Below are positions 47,548 to 57,971 of a stretch of DNA of 64,000 bases, one piece after another. The position numbers were made by a program, and so were the translations under genes. The notes below the pieces were generated by a model. That model saw only the letters and a program-made list of their open reading frames with translations, was not told where the DNA came from and ran no database searches. Numbering within the stretch: position 1 is the stretch's first letter; every line of letters starts with the position of its first letter. The stretch lies in NCBI GenBank assembly GCA_038326615.1, contig JBBQKF010000004.1, forward strand, positions 2,589 through 66,588, written 5' to 3'. Origin of the DNA: Saccharofermentanales bacterium. GTDB taxonomy: Bacteria; Bacillota; Clostridia; Saccharofermentanales; UBA5734.

Positions 47548-47612
47548 ATTGAAAATACCCCTTTCAGTTTTTTGCCCAATCTATACAAGAATGGTTGTAA
47601 ATAAAATCCGAT

Positions 47613-48461
47613 TTACAAATTCTTAGCAATAACACTTGCAGATTTATTTAAGTTAATTAGAGAATCCTTTTTCATCAGACTCATCTTCCATTCATCGTTT
47701 TTGTTTGATGCAACAAAAAATATTCTTTTCGAATCAGCTTTTGGCTTGGTAAACTTTAAGCTGTCATACTTTTTGATAAGTGTCAGTTTGTTCTTTAAAA
47801 GCAGCTCTTCTATTGTTTCAATAGTGTGCATTTTTTCTTTTATTGTTTCTTCACTTTTAAGATAAGTTCCGTCATCGGCAAGCAGAAAAAAGATTAGTTC
47901 AGATATACTTGTTTGCCTCTTGTGGTCAACCGAGTTTTGCCATAGCAATGTGTACTGTTCTTTAATATCATAAAATATCTGTTCGCCAAGGACGCAATCA
48001 AAATAATAAGGGGTCGCCATATCAAAAATGAGAAGACCTTCCGGATTAAGATAATTTTTACATAAGCGAAATAAACGGTCAAGTTTACTTATATCAAGAA
48101 TATGATTAATTGTATCAAGGTAACAAACCATCACGTCGACTGTTCCGTATAATTTCATTTTTGTAATGTCTTGCAAAATAAATTGGACTTTTCCAGAGTT
48201 TTCTTTTTCTTTTGCAGCCAATAGCATGTCCGCAGACTGATCCATTGCAAGAACATCATAACCGCGTTCGGCCATTTCTATCGAAAAGCCACCAGTTCCA
48301 CACCCAAGATCAAGAAGCAAAAGCGAATTGTTTTCTCCGTCACCACTCGTTTTGTTAAGATGTTTCCTAATTATTTTTTCGGTATAGTCAGCCCAAACGA
48401 CAGAATCATTTTCTTCCTGCCATTGGTCATATATTTTTGATAATAAGGCATAAGAGCTCAT
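47613..48461 (-). CDS. Class I SAM-dependent methyltransferase
   Basis: Motif I LLDLGCGTGGFS. The substrate is unknown. Confidence 0.85.
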   Translation of the reverse strand: MSSYALLSKIYDQWQEENDSVVWADYTEKIIRKHLNKTSGDGENNSLLLLDLGCGTGGFSIEMAERGYDVLAMDQSADMLLAAKEKENSGKVQFILQDITKMKLYGTVDVMVCYLDTINHILDISKLDRLFRLCKNYLNPEGLLIFDMATPYYFDCVLGEQIFYDIKEQYTLLWQNSVDHKRQTSISELIFFLLADDGTYLKSEETIKEKMHTIETIEELLLKNKLTLIKKYDSLKFTKPKADSKRIFFVASNKNDEWKMSLMKKDSLINLNKSASVIAKNL

Positions 48462-48723
48462 TTTTGTTTCTCTTCCTTTATAAAAATTGCGTAACCACTA
48501 TTTTGCAGATTATTTTCAAACATGCAAATTTGCGCAGTCTGAAGGCATGAAAGATTTTTAGATATTTTGACATTTTGTTAATATAGTAATTTTCATTGTA
48601 CCACGCACATTTTTATCTTAAACTAAATTCATTGAACCTTCAATTTAAGTTTGTTCGAATTTCAAACTTTAACATCTAATTTAAGTTTATTCTAGTTTTA
48701 GTCTTTATGAATTACTAATTTTT

Positions 48724-50061
48724 CTATTTTAGGATCTCGATTGCCTTTGCAAGCTGAATATCTTGCAAAGGTGTAAGCGATTCAATGTTAAGTGAGCGAA
48801 ACTCCAAAGCAAGATCTAATTCTATATCAGGCTTCAAACCCTTGCCTTCAATAGATTCACCATTAGGAAGATAGTATTTAAACATTGTAATATTGACAGC
48901 ACTTCCGTCTGCTAATTCATAAAGTTTTGTTCCAGAGCCTTTGCCAAATGTATTTTTGCCAATCAATGTTGCTTTTTTGTAATCTCTGAGACAACCTGAG
49001 AAAAATTCTGATGCACTAGCTGTGTATTCATTTGTGAGAATTGCATATTTCATCTTTTCTGGAACCTTCATTCCTTTTTGTGTAATCCAATCAATATTGA
49101 AAGGTTTATTATTTTCTCGTCCCTTAATTGATGCAAGCAAAGTTCCTTTTGGCAATAAATAGTCAAGCATATCAATCATAACCTGTGCATTTCCGCCCGA
49201 ATTATATCTAAAATCAAAAACCACATTCACTGCACCTTGCTTTTGCAGATCATCCATTGCCTTTATGAAATCCGTATCAACGCCCTCTGCAAAAGCTTTA
49301 ACATGAACATATCCGGTTGTCTTGTCAAGCATTCTGTATAAAATGTTCTTGCTAATTATTGTTTTGCGAACTATGCTAAAAGTCATTTTTGCTTTTGTTG
49401 ATGGCCTGTAAATTTCAAGCTTTACTGTTGTGCCTTCGACGCCTTTAACTTTTACGGCAATCTCATTAGCGTCTTTAACAGCATGTACATCTACTCCGTC
49501 GACAGAAATGAGAAGGTCCTTAGGCAGTATTCCGGATTTTTGAGCTGGTCCATCAGTAACAACTTCAACAACTTCAACTCCAGTCTTTTCTACAAATGTA
49601 ACCGTACATCCGATGCCTGCATATTTCCCTGACATCGCTTCTGTGTTTGCATTGTATTCTTTTGCACTCATATAATAAGTATATGGATTATCGAGTCCTG
49701 ATGGCAGACCAACAGTCATTGCATCAATAATTTGCGAGTCTGTGAGTTCCTCAAGATAATTTTTCCTTATTTCTGATATCACTTGTTTTAGTTTGGTTAT
49801 TGCAGTCATGGTTTTCGCATCTGAGCTAAATGAAAGAGAATTAGTCTGCTTAGAATTGAAAGCAGGAATGAGAAAAGAATAAAAAACATAAAATAGAATT
49901 GATGCTGTAAGCAAAAGTGTTATGAAAGCAGTTATCAGACTAGTCCCTACTGTTCTTTTCATCAATAGATGTTTGAGTTCTTTTTCTTTTGGGGTTACTT
50001 CAGCATTAATTACCGTTGTGATTTTTTGTGTATCCTGGTGTATAAATTGGTTATCTTCCAT
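48724..50061 (-). CDS. S41-family C-terminal processing peptidase (membrane anchored, with a PDZ domain)
   Basis: N-terminal TM segment, a PDZ-like block (GPAQKSGILPKDLLISVDG) and an S41 core (FDFRYNSGG, ASASEFF). Confidence 0.9.
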   Translation of the reverse strand: MEDNQFIHQDTQKITTVINAEVTPKEKELKHLLMKRTVGTSLITAFITLLLTASILFYVFYSFLIPAFNSKQTNSLSFSSDAKTMTAITKLKQVISEIRKNYLEELTDSQIIDAMTVGLPSGLDNPYTYYMSAKEYNANTEAMSGKYAGIGCTVTFVEKTGVEVVEVVTDGPAQKSGILPKDLLISVDGVDVHAVKDANEIAVKVKGVEGTTVKLEIYRPSTKAKMTFSIVRKTIISKNILYRMLDKTTGYVHVKAFAEGVDTDFIKAMDDLQKQGAVNVVFDFRYNSGGNAQVMIDMLDYLLPKGTLLASIKGRENNKPFNIDWITQKGMKVPEKMKYAILTNEYTASASEFFSGCLRDYKKATLIGKNTFGKGSGTKLYELADGSAVNITMFKYYLPNGESIEGKGLKPDIELDLALEFRSLNIESLTPLQDIQLAKAIEILK

Positions 50062-50079
50062 TTGAAATGTCCCTTTCGG

Positions 50080-51345
50080 TTATTTTTTCGTACCGAGAAA
50101 TTTTGTTTGTAATGGATTAACAGGATTTCCGTTTTCACGAACTTCAAAGTGAAGATGAGCGCCTGTTGAAAGTCCTGTACTGCCTGTAATAGATATCCAC
50201 TGTCCGGCTTTCACATTATCTCCGACCTTTACTTTAAGTAATTTGCAGTGAGCATACGTTGTTGAAATTCCGCCACCATGGTCAATTATAATGTAATTGC
50301 CATAATTTGTGCCTCCATAATTATTCCCTGAAACCGAGTTATATCCAGGAATTGTTTTTGCGATTATAACTCGTCCATCTGCTGCTGCAACAATTTTCGA
50401 GTTAAATGGCGCATTTATGTCTACTCCGTTATGCATTCGCCAGTAGTGGTAAATTGGGTGCAACCTCATCCCATAAACATTTGTGGGATTTATTCCTGTA
50501 TAACCAGGTGTTGGCCAGACCATTTTACCGCCGTAATATCCTCCGGTGGATTGTAGTTTCTTTATTGCTGCGGCAATTGCATTTGATTCGGCTAACAGCG
50601 CTTTTTCGTCTTTTTGAATTTTATCAAGTTCCTTTTGAGTAAGTTCTAGTTGCTGCTGTGCCTTGGATGTATTCTTTTTTAGGGCATCTATTTCTTTGTT
50701 CTTTTTATCGACAAAAAGTTGAATCTCCGCACTGTATTTTTCGGCTTCCTGCTTTTTAAGGTATGCATCATCTTTTGCAGAAACCAAATCGTTAATAACA
50801 TTTTTATCGCTCTCCGCAATAATTGAAATAAACTGAATGTTAGCAAGAAAACCTTTAATGTCTTTTGTGTCAAACAGCATTTCAAGTGTTCCATTGTTGC
50901 GATTTTCAAACATAATCTGTAACCGCTTCTTGTACTGCTCTTGCTTTTTAATAACATCTTCCTGCGCAGTTTTAGCCTGCGCAAAGGCATCTTCCATCTC
51001 CTGATATGCAGAATTTAATTCTTCAACCAAATTTTCATACTTTTTTCTTTCAGTTGCAGTTCTGCTATTCAGCCACGAAAGTTCTCCAACTAACGCTTTT
51101 GACTGGTTCTTTAAAGCTTCCTTTTCTCTTTTTAGTTCAGCTAGTTTTTTCTCAATCTTGTCTTGTTGTTCTGTAAGCGATGAAATACTTGCAGCACTTA
51201 CCTTTTTATAAATATATTTGTCAGAAGGGAAAATCAATGCGGTACAAAGTGTTATTATCATAACAACAGAAAGGATGAAATTTCTTTTGTCTTTTGTGCT
51301 TTTTATCCCTTTTCCCCATTTTATGACTCTTAAAAATTTATTCAT
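50080..51345 (-). CDS. M23 peptidase with an N-terminal coiled coil (EnvC-like, FtsEX-associated)
   Basis: Long coiled-coil region followed by a LytM domain (HNGVDI, HLHFEV). Confidence 0.9.
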   Translation of the reverse strand: MNKFLRVIKWGKGIKSTKDKRNFILSVVMIITLCTALIFPSDKYIYKKVSAASISSLTEQQDKIEKKLAELKREKEALKNQSKALVGELSWLNSRTATERKKYENLVEELNSAYQEMEDAFAQAKTAQEDVIKKQEQYKKRLQIMFENRNNGTLEMLFDTKDIKGFLANIQFISIIAESDKNVINDLVSAKDDAYLKKQEAEKYSAEIQLFVDKKNKEIDALKKNTSKAQQQLELTQKELDKIQKDEKALLAESNAIAAAIKKLQSTGGYYGGKMVWPTPGYTGINPTNVYGMRLHPIYHYWRMHNGVDINAPFNSKIVAAADGRVIIAKTIPGYNSVSGNNYGGTNYGNYIIIDHGGGISTTYAHCKLLKVKVGDNVKAGQWISITGSTGLSTGAHLHFEVRENGNPVNPLQTKFLGTKK

Positions 51346-51574
51346 TTGGAATGTCCCTCCTTCTGTTATTCTGTTTAAATTATTTTACAAGTCATTATTA
51401 TTTAAAAAGCCCAAGATCATAACCATATATCAATCAAATAATATTTATAAGCTAACTATTGAATACATATAACATTTATACATTAGTTACATAATACTAT
51501 GTAATAATCATAAGCTAATCCTTTTTTAAATCATATACTATTCTTATACTAATATATCACTTTTTGACAGTTAA

Positions 51575-52468
51575 TTAAACCTTAACATGTCTTCTAACAG
51601 ATATTGCACTGCCAGCTGCTCCAACTAAAACTCCCAGAGTAGTATTTACTAATATAACAATTCCAGCCACACTAGACAGCGAAACCATTGTGAATAATGA
51701 AGAATCTGTTTGACTTGCAAGTATATCTTTAAAAACAACTGAGTATGCAACAAGAACTAAGGCGTTTGCAATAACTGAGCCAATAAGACCAACAATACTT
51801 CCTTCAATAATAAACGGTACCCTGATATACCAATTGGTAGCTCCCACATATTTCATAATGCCGATTTCTTCAGCTCTTGAAAAAACAACGATGCGCACCA
51901 TGTTTGATATTATGAATAATGCAATTCCACACAACACGAGAAATGCAATGACCGTTGTCAAATTTACTGCTGCTCTTGTCTTGTTAAGAAATTCAGTTAC
52001 CGCCTGGCTATACTCGACTTTCCGAACGCCTAAAACACCTTCCATCCTGTTCTTGAATTCTGTAATTTTTATTGAATCCTTGAGTTGGATGGTAAAAGTA
52101 TATGGAAGCAGCGATGAATCAAAACCCTCTAAAACCATTGCGTCATTCCCGAGTTCTTCTTTGAACTGATTAAAATTTTCTTGAGGCGTCTGCTTTGAAT
52201 AAGACTTAATCAGTGCGTCGGACTGTAAAATTTCATTAATAGCATCAACTGTATAAATTGACGCATTATATTCAACCCACAAAAGAATTGGTGGTTGCTG
52301 GCTTGCTTTAGTTGCAACCTGATTTGCGTTTGCTGAAAAAAGTATAAAAGCCCCTAATAGTACAAGCATAAGTGCAACTGTTGAAACTGATGCAAGAGTT
52401 ACTAGCGGGTGTCTAAAAATATTTGCCAGACCTTCTCTAAAAGATTGTTTTACTGTGGACAACTTCAT
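51575..52468 (-). CDS. ftsX: Cell-division ABC transporter permease-like protein FtsX
   Basis: 297 aa with 4 TM segments and a large first extracytoplasmic loop. It overlaps the ftsE stop by 4 nt. Confidence 0.93.
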   Translation of the reverse strand: MKLSTVKQSFREGLANIFRHPLVTLASVSTVALMLVLLGAFILFSANANQVATKASQQPPILLWVEYNASIYTVDAINEILQSDALIKSYSKQTPQENFNQFKEELGNDAMVLEGFDSSLLPYTFTIQLKDSIKITEFKNRMEGVLGVRKVEYSQAVTEFLNKTRAAVNLTTVIAFLVLCGIALFIISNMVRIVVFSRAEEIGIMKYVGATNWYIRVPFIIEGSIVGLIGSVIANALVLVAYSVVFKDILASQTDSSLFTMVSLSSVAGIVILVNTTLGVLVGAAGSAISVRRHVKV

Positions 52469-53805
52469 TTAGGTTCCTCCACGGATTCATTACTCCCTAT
52501 TCTTCTTGGTTTAATTATTGCTTTAAAATCAAGTATTTCAATTTTGTCGGTGTCAGGGATTAAATGAGAATCCGGATTTTCATCAGATACATCACAAATA
52601 TTGGATTCATTTTTTGCATCCTGTTCTACTTCGTTTCTGATTCTGGCACTTTTTAACCTGTTTATTTCATCAATATAATATTGCTTAAGATCGACCTTAA
52701 GATCAGGTGATTTTATTAAGGGTTCAATTCCATCTTCAGAATCTGGGTTGTTATCTGAATAAAGCACTGATACAGGTTCGATTTCTGATTCAATTTCTGA
52801 TTCAATTTCTGATTCAATTTCTGATTTAATTTCTGATTCAATTTCTGATTCGGATGAAAAATTCGATTCCATTATTGTTTTATGCATAATGACTGTAACA
52901 ATATTTGATTCTAATGTTGTTTCATTTTGATCTGTAAAATCAATACCCTCCAAATTAGGATCTGCGGTTTTGTTTAAAATCACAATCTTCTCTTCTTCAC
53001 TAAATTTGACATTTATGTTTCGCACAAAAGGAACCGATTTGGCCTGATTATTTAGTAGTTGCTCGTTTTTAGGATTGCGCTCACCCATCTGCCTAACCAT
53101 TTTACGAGGCTTAATTACGCTATTTGCAAGAGCGTATCCACCCATCATTTCATCTCTTTCCACTGCACCGTCAGAAATTTCAATAACACGTCGTCTCATT
53201 TTATTAACTATATTACTCTCGTGAGTGCACACAATTACGGTTGAACCGCTTGCATTTATCTCCTCTAGCAAGGCCATTATTGCTTCACTGTTAATTGGAT
53301 CAAGGTTTCCAGTCGGTTCATCAGCTAAAATCAGCATAGGGTTGTTTACCATTGCTCTTGCAATTGCAACGCGCTGCTGTTCACCTCCAGAAAGCTGATT
53401 TGACATTACATTAGCTTTGTCTCGTAACCCAACTATACTAAGTACAATTGGCACTCTTCGCTTTATCAGGCGGGTTGATGCGCCGATTATTTCCATAGCA
53501 AAAGCAATGTTCTCATATACTGTTTTAGAGTAAATCAAACGAAAATCCTGAAAAACCATACCAATATTGCGTCGTAAATAAGGAATGAGATTCCTTCGCA
53601 AAAAAGAAATCTCATAGTCGTCAATAAAGACGTTCCCGGAGGACGGGTTTTCTTCACATGTTAATAATTTAATAAGGGTTGATTTACCGGAACCACTTCG
53701 TCCGATAATGAATAGAAATTCTCCGTCCTGGACGCAAAAACTAACGTTGTTTAGTGCATTAATACCTGTTTTATATGTCATGCTGACATTGCGAAATTCA
53801 ATCAA
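52465..53805 (-). CDS. ftsE: Cell-division ATPase FtsE with a C-terminal acidic extension of about 215 aa
   Basis: The N-terminal roughly 225 aa is canonical FtsE ([33 protein letters not shown]). The remainder is low-complexity and acidic. Confidence 0.92.
   Translation of the reverse strand: MIEFRNVSMTYKTGINALNNVSFCVQDGEFLFIIGRSGSGKSTLIKLLTCEENPSSGNVFIDDYEISFLRRNLIPYLRRNIGMVFQDFRLIYSKTVYENIAFAMEIIGASTRLIKRRVPIVLSIVGLRDKANVMSNQLSGGEQQRVAIARAMVNNPMLILADEPTGNLDPINSEAIMALLEEINASGSTVIVCTHESNIVNKMRRRVIEISDGAVERDEMMGGYALANSVIKPRKMVRQMGERNPKNEQLLNNQAKSVPFVRNINVKFSEEEKIVILNKTADPNLEGIDFTDQNETTLESNIVTVIMHKTIMESNFSSESEIESEIKSEIESEIESEIESEIEPVSVLYSDNNPDSEDGIEPLIKSPDLKVDLKQYYIDEINRLKSARIRNEVEQDAKNESNICDVSDENPDSHLIPDTDKIEILDFKAIIKPRRIGSNESVEEPK
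52781..52852. repeat. In-frame 12-bp tandem repeat (6 units of ATTTCTGATTCA) inside the ftsE tail
   Basis: It encodes (SEIE)n: [26 protein letters not shown]. Confidence 0.95.
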
Positions 53806-53828
53806 AACAGATCCTCCGGAGTATTTTC

Positions 53829-54941
53829 CTATTTATTATTCCACCATTTGTTTGAAGCTGGCTTATATGTTCCTTTTTCTTGTTTTTCTAGATAGCGGCG
53901 AACCATTGAAGCTAGTTTAAACAGTACAGCGTCATCAAAGTTTCTTAAATCAAGACCTGTGATTTTCTGTACTTTATCAAGGCGGTATACAAGAGTATTA
54001 CGGTGAACAAACAACTGGCGTGACGTTTCACTTCCGTTTAGATTGTTCTCGAAAAACTTCTGTATTGTAAGTAATGTTTCATTATCAAGAGCCTCATATG
54101 CACCCTTCGAGAAAACTTCATCAAGGAACATGTTGCAAAGTGTAGTAGGAAGTTGGTATATAAGTCTTCCTAGTCCTAAGCGATCATATCTCATTACATA
54201 ACTATCTGATTCAAAAATACTTCCAACGGTAAGAGCAAGAGATGCTTCGCGATATGATTTAGCGGCATCTTTCAAAGTATCCGCATACATACCTATACCG
54301 ATATGAACCTTAGTCATTGATTCTGCATTGAGATTATCAAGAACAGTCTTAGCTACAAGGCTGATTTTTTCTGTTTCGTCTCTACCTATTTCTGCAAGCA
54401 GTACAATTGTTTCTTCATCCATAGCGAAAACATGATCCCTCTTACGATCAGGAAACATGTTCTGTAATATTTCGAGGCATTCAACACCTTCGTTTTGTTC
54501 AACACGTACAATAAATGCAACGCGTGTTGAAGCATAAGGAATTTTGAATTCACGTGATTTAAGAGGGATATCACTTGGGAGTTCATTTTCGAGTAAAACT
54601 TTCTTAAGGAAAGACTCTCTTTCGGCATCAGTATTTCTTTCTTTTAGTGCTGCATAAATCCAGTTAGCAAGTAACTCGAGATATGTTCTTGATACTGGGT
54701 CAGTGCCGTCGATGAAACATACATGGTTTGTTTTATCTCCGATTGTAAGTTTCATATAGGTTCTTCCTGAAGTTATTGACATTCTCTCATCAGACAGAAA
54801 TACTGCCCTGGTAGAAGAGTCTTCACTTCCTTCGCGAGATTCATCCGTACAGGCAATCACAACACCGTCATAATCCAGAACTCCTGCTACATTGTTTAAA
54901 ATTTTTGCAGCTTCTCTGATACACTTTTTAATTTCTTCCAT
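53829..54941 (-). CDS. PucR/CdaR-family transcriptional regulator
   Basis: 370 aa with a C-terminal PucR-type HTH (SRQLFVHRNTLVYRLDKVQKITGLD). Confidence 0.85.
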   Translation of the reverse strand: MEEIKKCIREAAKILNNVAGVLDYDGVVIACTDESREGSEDSSTRAVFLSDERMSITSGRTYMKLTIGDKTNHVCFIDGTDPVSRTYLELLANWIYAALKERNTDAERESFLKKVLLENELPSDIPLKSREFKIPYASTRVAFIVRVEQNEGVECLEILQNMFPDRKRDHVFAMDEETIVLLAEIGRDETEKISLVAKTVLDNLNAESMTKVHIGIGMYADTLKDAAKSYREASLALTVGSIFESDSYVMRYDRLGLGRLIYQLPTTLCNMFLDEVFSKGAYEALDNETLLTIQKFFENNLNGSETSRQLFVHRNTLVYRLDKVQKITGLDLRNFDDAVLFKLASMVRRYLEKQEKGTYKPASNKWWNNK

Positions 54942-55135
54942 AATGACACCTTCCTATGTAATATTTTGTATTAGTTAAGTATTTCTATAAACAATAAACA
55001 AGGCTGAGATCAGCCCTCTACTATATAGTATATTTTTAGTTGTAATGTTGCAATAAGGTAAACGCGATTTCTCTCATTTTTTTTGTTTTATACATAAATT
55101 TTTCACTTTTCTGTGCATTTTTCCCTATTAATTAA

Positions 55136-55163
55136 AAAGACGCCCCTAAAAAGAGCGCCTTTT
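55136..55163 (-). terminator. Intrinsic terminator after the MsmK-like gene
   Basis: On the minus strand it reads AAAAGGCGCUC-loop-GGGGCGUCUUUUU, with G-U pairs in the stem and a T-run. Confidence 0.5.
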
Positions 55164-55183
55164 CTTTATTATTTAAGTTTGAA

Positions 55184-56296
55184 TTATACGCGAGCTATAA
55201 TTTTCTCTGTTTCTTTGTCAAATAAGTGGATACGATTTCCGTCAACACAAAGCTTGAATGTTTCGCCTGCTTTTGCTGGGCACAATGGATTAACACGGGC
55301 AACAGCACTGAGACCTTTGATATTTAGGTAAAGGAGAGTTTCTGATCCAAGCATTTCAACAACTTCAACAAGAGCCATAAATGATGTTTGAGGAGATTGT
55401 TCAACAAGTTCTGCTTCTGCATAGATTGCTTCAGGACGGACGCCCATAACGATTTCTTTGCCAATATATGCTTTAGCTGCATCGCCAACTTTATCTGAAG
55501 GAAGTTTAATGCTGAATCCTTCTTGTTCAAGGTAGAGCTCTTCGCCCTTCTTGTTGAGTGTTGCATTAAAAAAGTTCATAGGAGGCATTCCAATGAATCC
55601 AGCAACGAATGTGTTAAGAGGGTTCTGGTAAAGCGCTGTAGGGGCATCAACTTGCTGAATGAATCCATCTTTCATAACAACGATTCTTGTACCCATTGTC
55701 ATAGCTTCTGTCTGGTCATGAGTAACATAAATGATTGTTGTCTGAAGTCTCTGATGAAGTTTCGTGATTTCAATACGCATCTGAACACGAAGCTTTGCAT
55801 CAAGGTTTGATAAAGGCTCATCCATTAGGAACACTTTAGGATCACGAACGATAGCACGACCTAAAGCAACACGCTGTCTTTGTCCTCCAGAAAGAGCTTT
55901 TGGCTTTCTGTCGAGCAAGTGCTCGATCTCAAGAATACGGGCAGCTTCAGTAACTCTTCTCTTGATTTCGTCCTTAGGAACTTTACGGAGCTTAAGTCCG
56001 AAAGCCATATTGTCGAAAACAGTCATATGTGGGTACAATGCATAGTTCTGGAAAACCATGGCGATATCTCTATCTTTAGGTTGAACATCATTGACAAGTT
56101 TATCTCCGATATAGATTTCTCCGTCTGATATTTCTTCAAGACCTGCAATCATTCTCAAAGTTGTTGACTTACCACAGCCAGAAGGACCAACCAGAATTAT
56201 GAATTCCTTATCGGCAATATTCAAGTTGAAATCACTAACTGCAATAACTCCTCCTTCATATCTCTTTACTACATTTTTTAAAATAACGTTTGACAT
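55184..56296 (-). CDS. Stand-alone sugar ABC transporter ATPase (MsmK/MsmX/MalK type)
   Basis: 370 aa with GPSGCGKST, LSGGQRQRVALGRA and a C-terminal regulatory (TOBE-like) domain. No cognate permease is adjacent. Confidence 0.92.
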   Translation of the reverse strand: MSNVILKNVVKRYEGGVIAVSDFNLNIADKEFIILVGPSGCGKSTTLRMIAGLEEISDGEIYIGDKLVNDVQPKDRDIAMVFQNYALYPHMTVFDNMAFGLKLRKVPKDEIKRRVTEAARILEIEHLLDRKPKALSGGQRQRVALGRAIVRDPKVFLMDEPLSNLDAKLRVQMRIEITKLHQRLQTTIIYVTHDQTEAMTMGTRIVVMKDGFIQQVDAPTALYQNPLNTFVAGFIGMPPMNFFNATLNKKGEELYLEQEGFSIKLPSDKVGDAAKAYIGKEIVMGVRPEAIYAEAELVEQSPQTSFMALVEVVEMLGSETLLYLNIKGLSAVARVNPLCPAKAGETFKLCVDGNRIHLFDKETEKIIARV

Positions 56297-56703
56297 TTTT
56301 TCTCCTCCAAATTTTACTACGCAAAAATAGTTGCAGATTTGTTTTTATCTGTGTATCAAATATACCAAACATTCGCATTTATTTCTATATGCAAAAATTA
56401 CCAAATGTTTTGTGTATTATTTGTAGATACAGTAGCATGGTTTTGTGTTTTTGTTACATTTTATTTGAAATTAATTAAAAGTTATTGTTTTTATGCACTT
56501 ATCACCGTTTTTATTGGTTTTCGGGGAGCTTCTGACATTTAATTTTCAACAATTTCACTCATTATTCGAGACTACCTTATGCATTGTATTGTACATTATT
56601 ATATACCAATTTCATCTTCTTTGCAAATCACATACAAAAATCATCTAGATTATCTGATTGCTTGTGAAATATGGACATTTGACGTAAAATAGTAATAAAA
56701 TGC

Positions 56704-56769
56704 TTGATTTATCTCATTTTATACATTATAGTGTATATTCATTAAATTTATACACTTTTTATGCATTTG
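56704..56769 (+). promoter_or_regulatory. arg operon promoter with overlapping candidate ArgR/AhrC operator repeats
   Basis: TTGATT (56704-56709), a 17-nt spacer and TATAGT (56727-56732). The inverted hexamers TATACA (56720), TGTATA (56732) and TATACA (56749), plus TTTTTATGCAT, lie over and downstream of the -10 box. Confidence 0.45.
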
Positions 56770-56791
56770 TTAAAGGAGGTTTGATTGAATA

Positions 56792-57838
56792 ATGAATAAA
56801 ATTAATGTTGGTATTGTTGGTGCAACCGGCTATGTTGGGATGGAACTTGTTCGTATATTATGCAATCATCCTGTTTTCAATATTACCCGACTTGTTTCTC
56901 AAAGTTATATTGGTAAGAAATTTTCAAGTGTTTACCCCTCTTTTCGTGGAATTGTTGATATGGAATGCAGTGAGCGCAATATAGATGACATTGCCAAAAA
57001 TTGTGAATTTGTTATAACCGCTCTCCCTCATGGAGTTTCTGCCGCGCTCATTCCGGCACTTCTTTTAAAAGGGATTAGAGTTCTTGATCATAGTGCCGAT
57101 TTCAGATATCGTGATGTATCAGTTTATGAAAAAGCCTATAAGCTTTCCCATCCAAGCCCTGATCTTTGTGCTGATGCTATTTACGGTTTGCCAGAAATAT
57201 ATAGAAATAGCATATATAATGCACCATTGGTTGCAAATCCAGGATGCTATCCAACTTGTTCAATTCTTGGAATAGCCCCTTTACTTTCAGGTAATTTTAT
57301 TCACAAGGATTCTATTATAATAGATGCAACGTCAGGGGTTTCTGGAGCTGGAAGAACAACGGATCTTGCTTTTCAGTTTTGTGAAGCTGAATCAAATTTC
57401 AAGGCATATGGAGTTGTTGGTCATAGGCACACTTCCGAGATTGAACAAGAGCTTTCTTTTCTTGCTGGTGAACAATTAGCAGTTTCCTTTACTCCACACC
57501 TTGCACCAATGAAAAGAGGAATGCTTGCAACGATTTATTCAAAACTAAAAACGCAGATGAGTGCTTTTGAACTTCATCAGGAATATGAAAATTTTTATAA
57601 AGATGAGTTTTTCGTTAGAGTATTGCCTTTAGGAGAATATCCTGAAACTAAAAATGTATGCGGCACTAATTTTATTGATATTTCAGTTTTTGTAGATGAA
57701 CACACTGGTAGGGCAATAGCCCTTTCGGCAATTGACAACCTTGGTAAAGGAGCTTCATTGCAGGCGATTCAGACGCTTAACTGTATGGCAGGTATTCCAG
57801 AAAATAGCGGACTTAGGCAAGTTGCAGGAATTTCGTAA
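56792..57838 (+). CDS. argC: N-acetyl-gamma-glutamyl-phosphate reductase
   Basis: 348 aa with GATGYVG and the active-site motif NPGCYPT. Confidence 0.96.
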   Translation: MNKINVGIVGATGYVGMELVRILCNHPVFNITRLVSQSYIGKKFSSVYPSFRGIVDMECSERNIDDIAKNCEFVITALPHGVSAALIPALLLKGIRVLDHSADFRYRDVSVYEKAYKLSHPSPDLCADAIYGLPEIYRNSIYNAPLVANPGCYPTCSILGIAPLLSGNFIHKDSIIIDATSGVSGAGRTTDLAFQFCEAESNFKAYGVVGHRHTSEIEQELSFLAGEQLAVSFTPHLAPMKRGMLATIYSKLKTQMSAFELHQEYENFYKDEFFVRVLPLGEYPETKNVCGTNFIDISVFVDEHTGRAIALSAIDNLGKGASLQAIQTLNCMAGIPENSGLRQVAGIS

Positions 57839-57971
57839 ATCACGTCAATTTGAACTACCAATTAGTCCAATTTAAGGCAATATTAATTTGAGATAACTGA
57901 TATGATTTCAATATTAACATTATTTTTATAATTAACATAATTGCTAACTTTATTAAAACGGAGGATTTAAA

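Noticed and set aside
48640-48672. The hairpin AAGTTTG-loop-CAAACTT downstream of the S41 protease gene as a terminator.
   Set aside because: It is a 7-bp all-weak stem with no following U-run on the minus strand, so it is not convincing.
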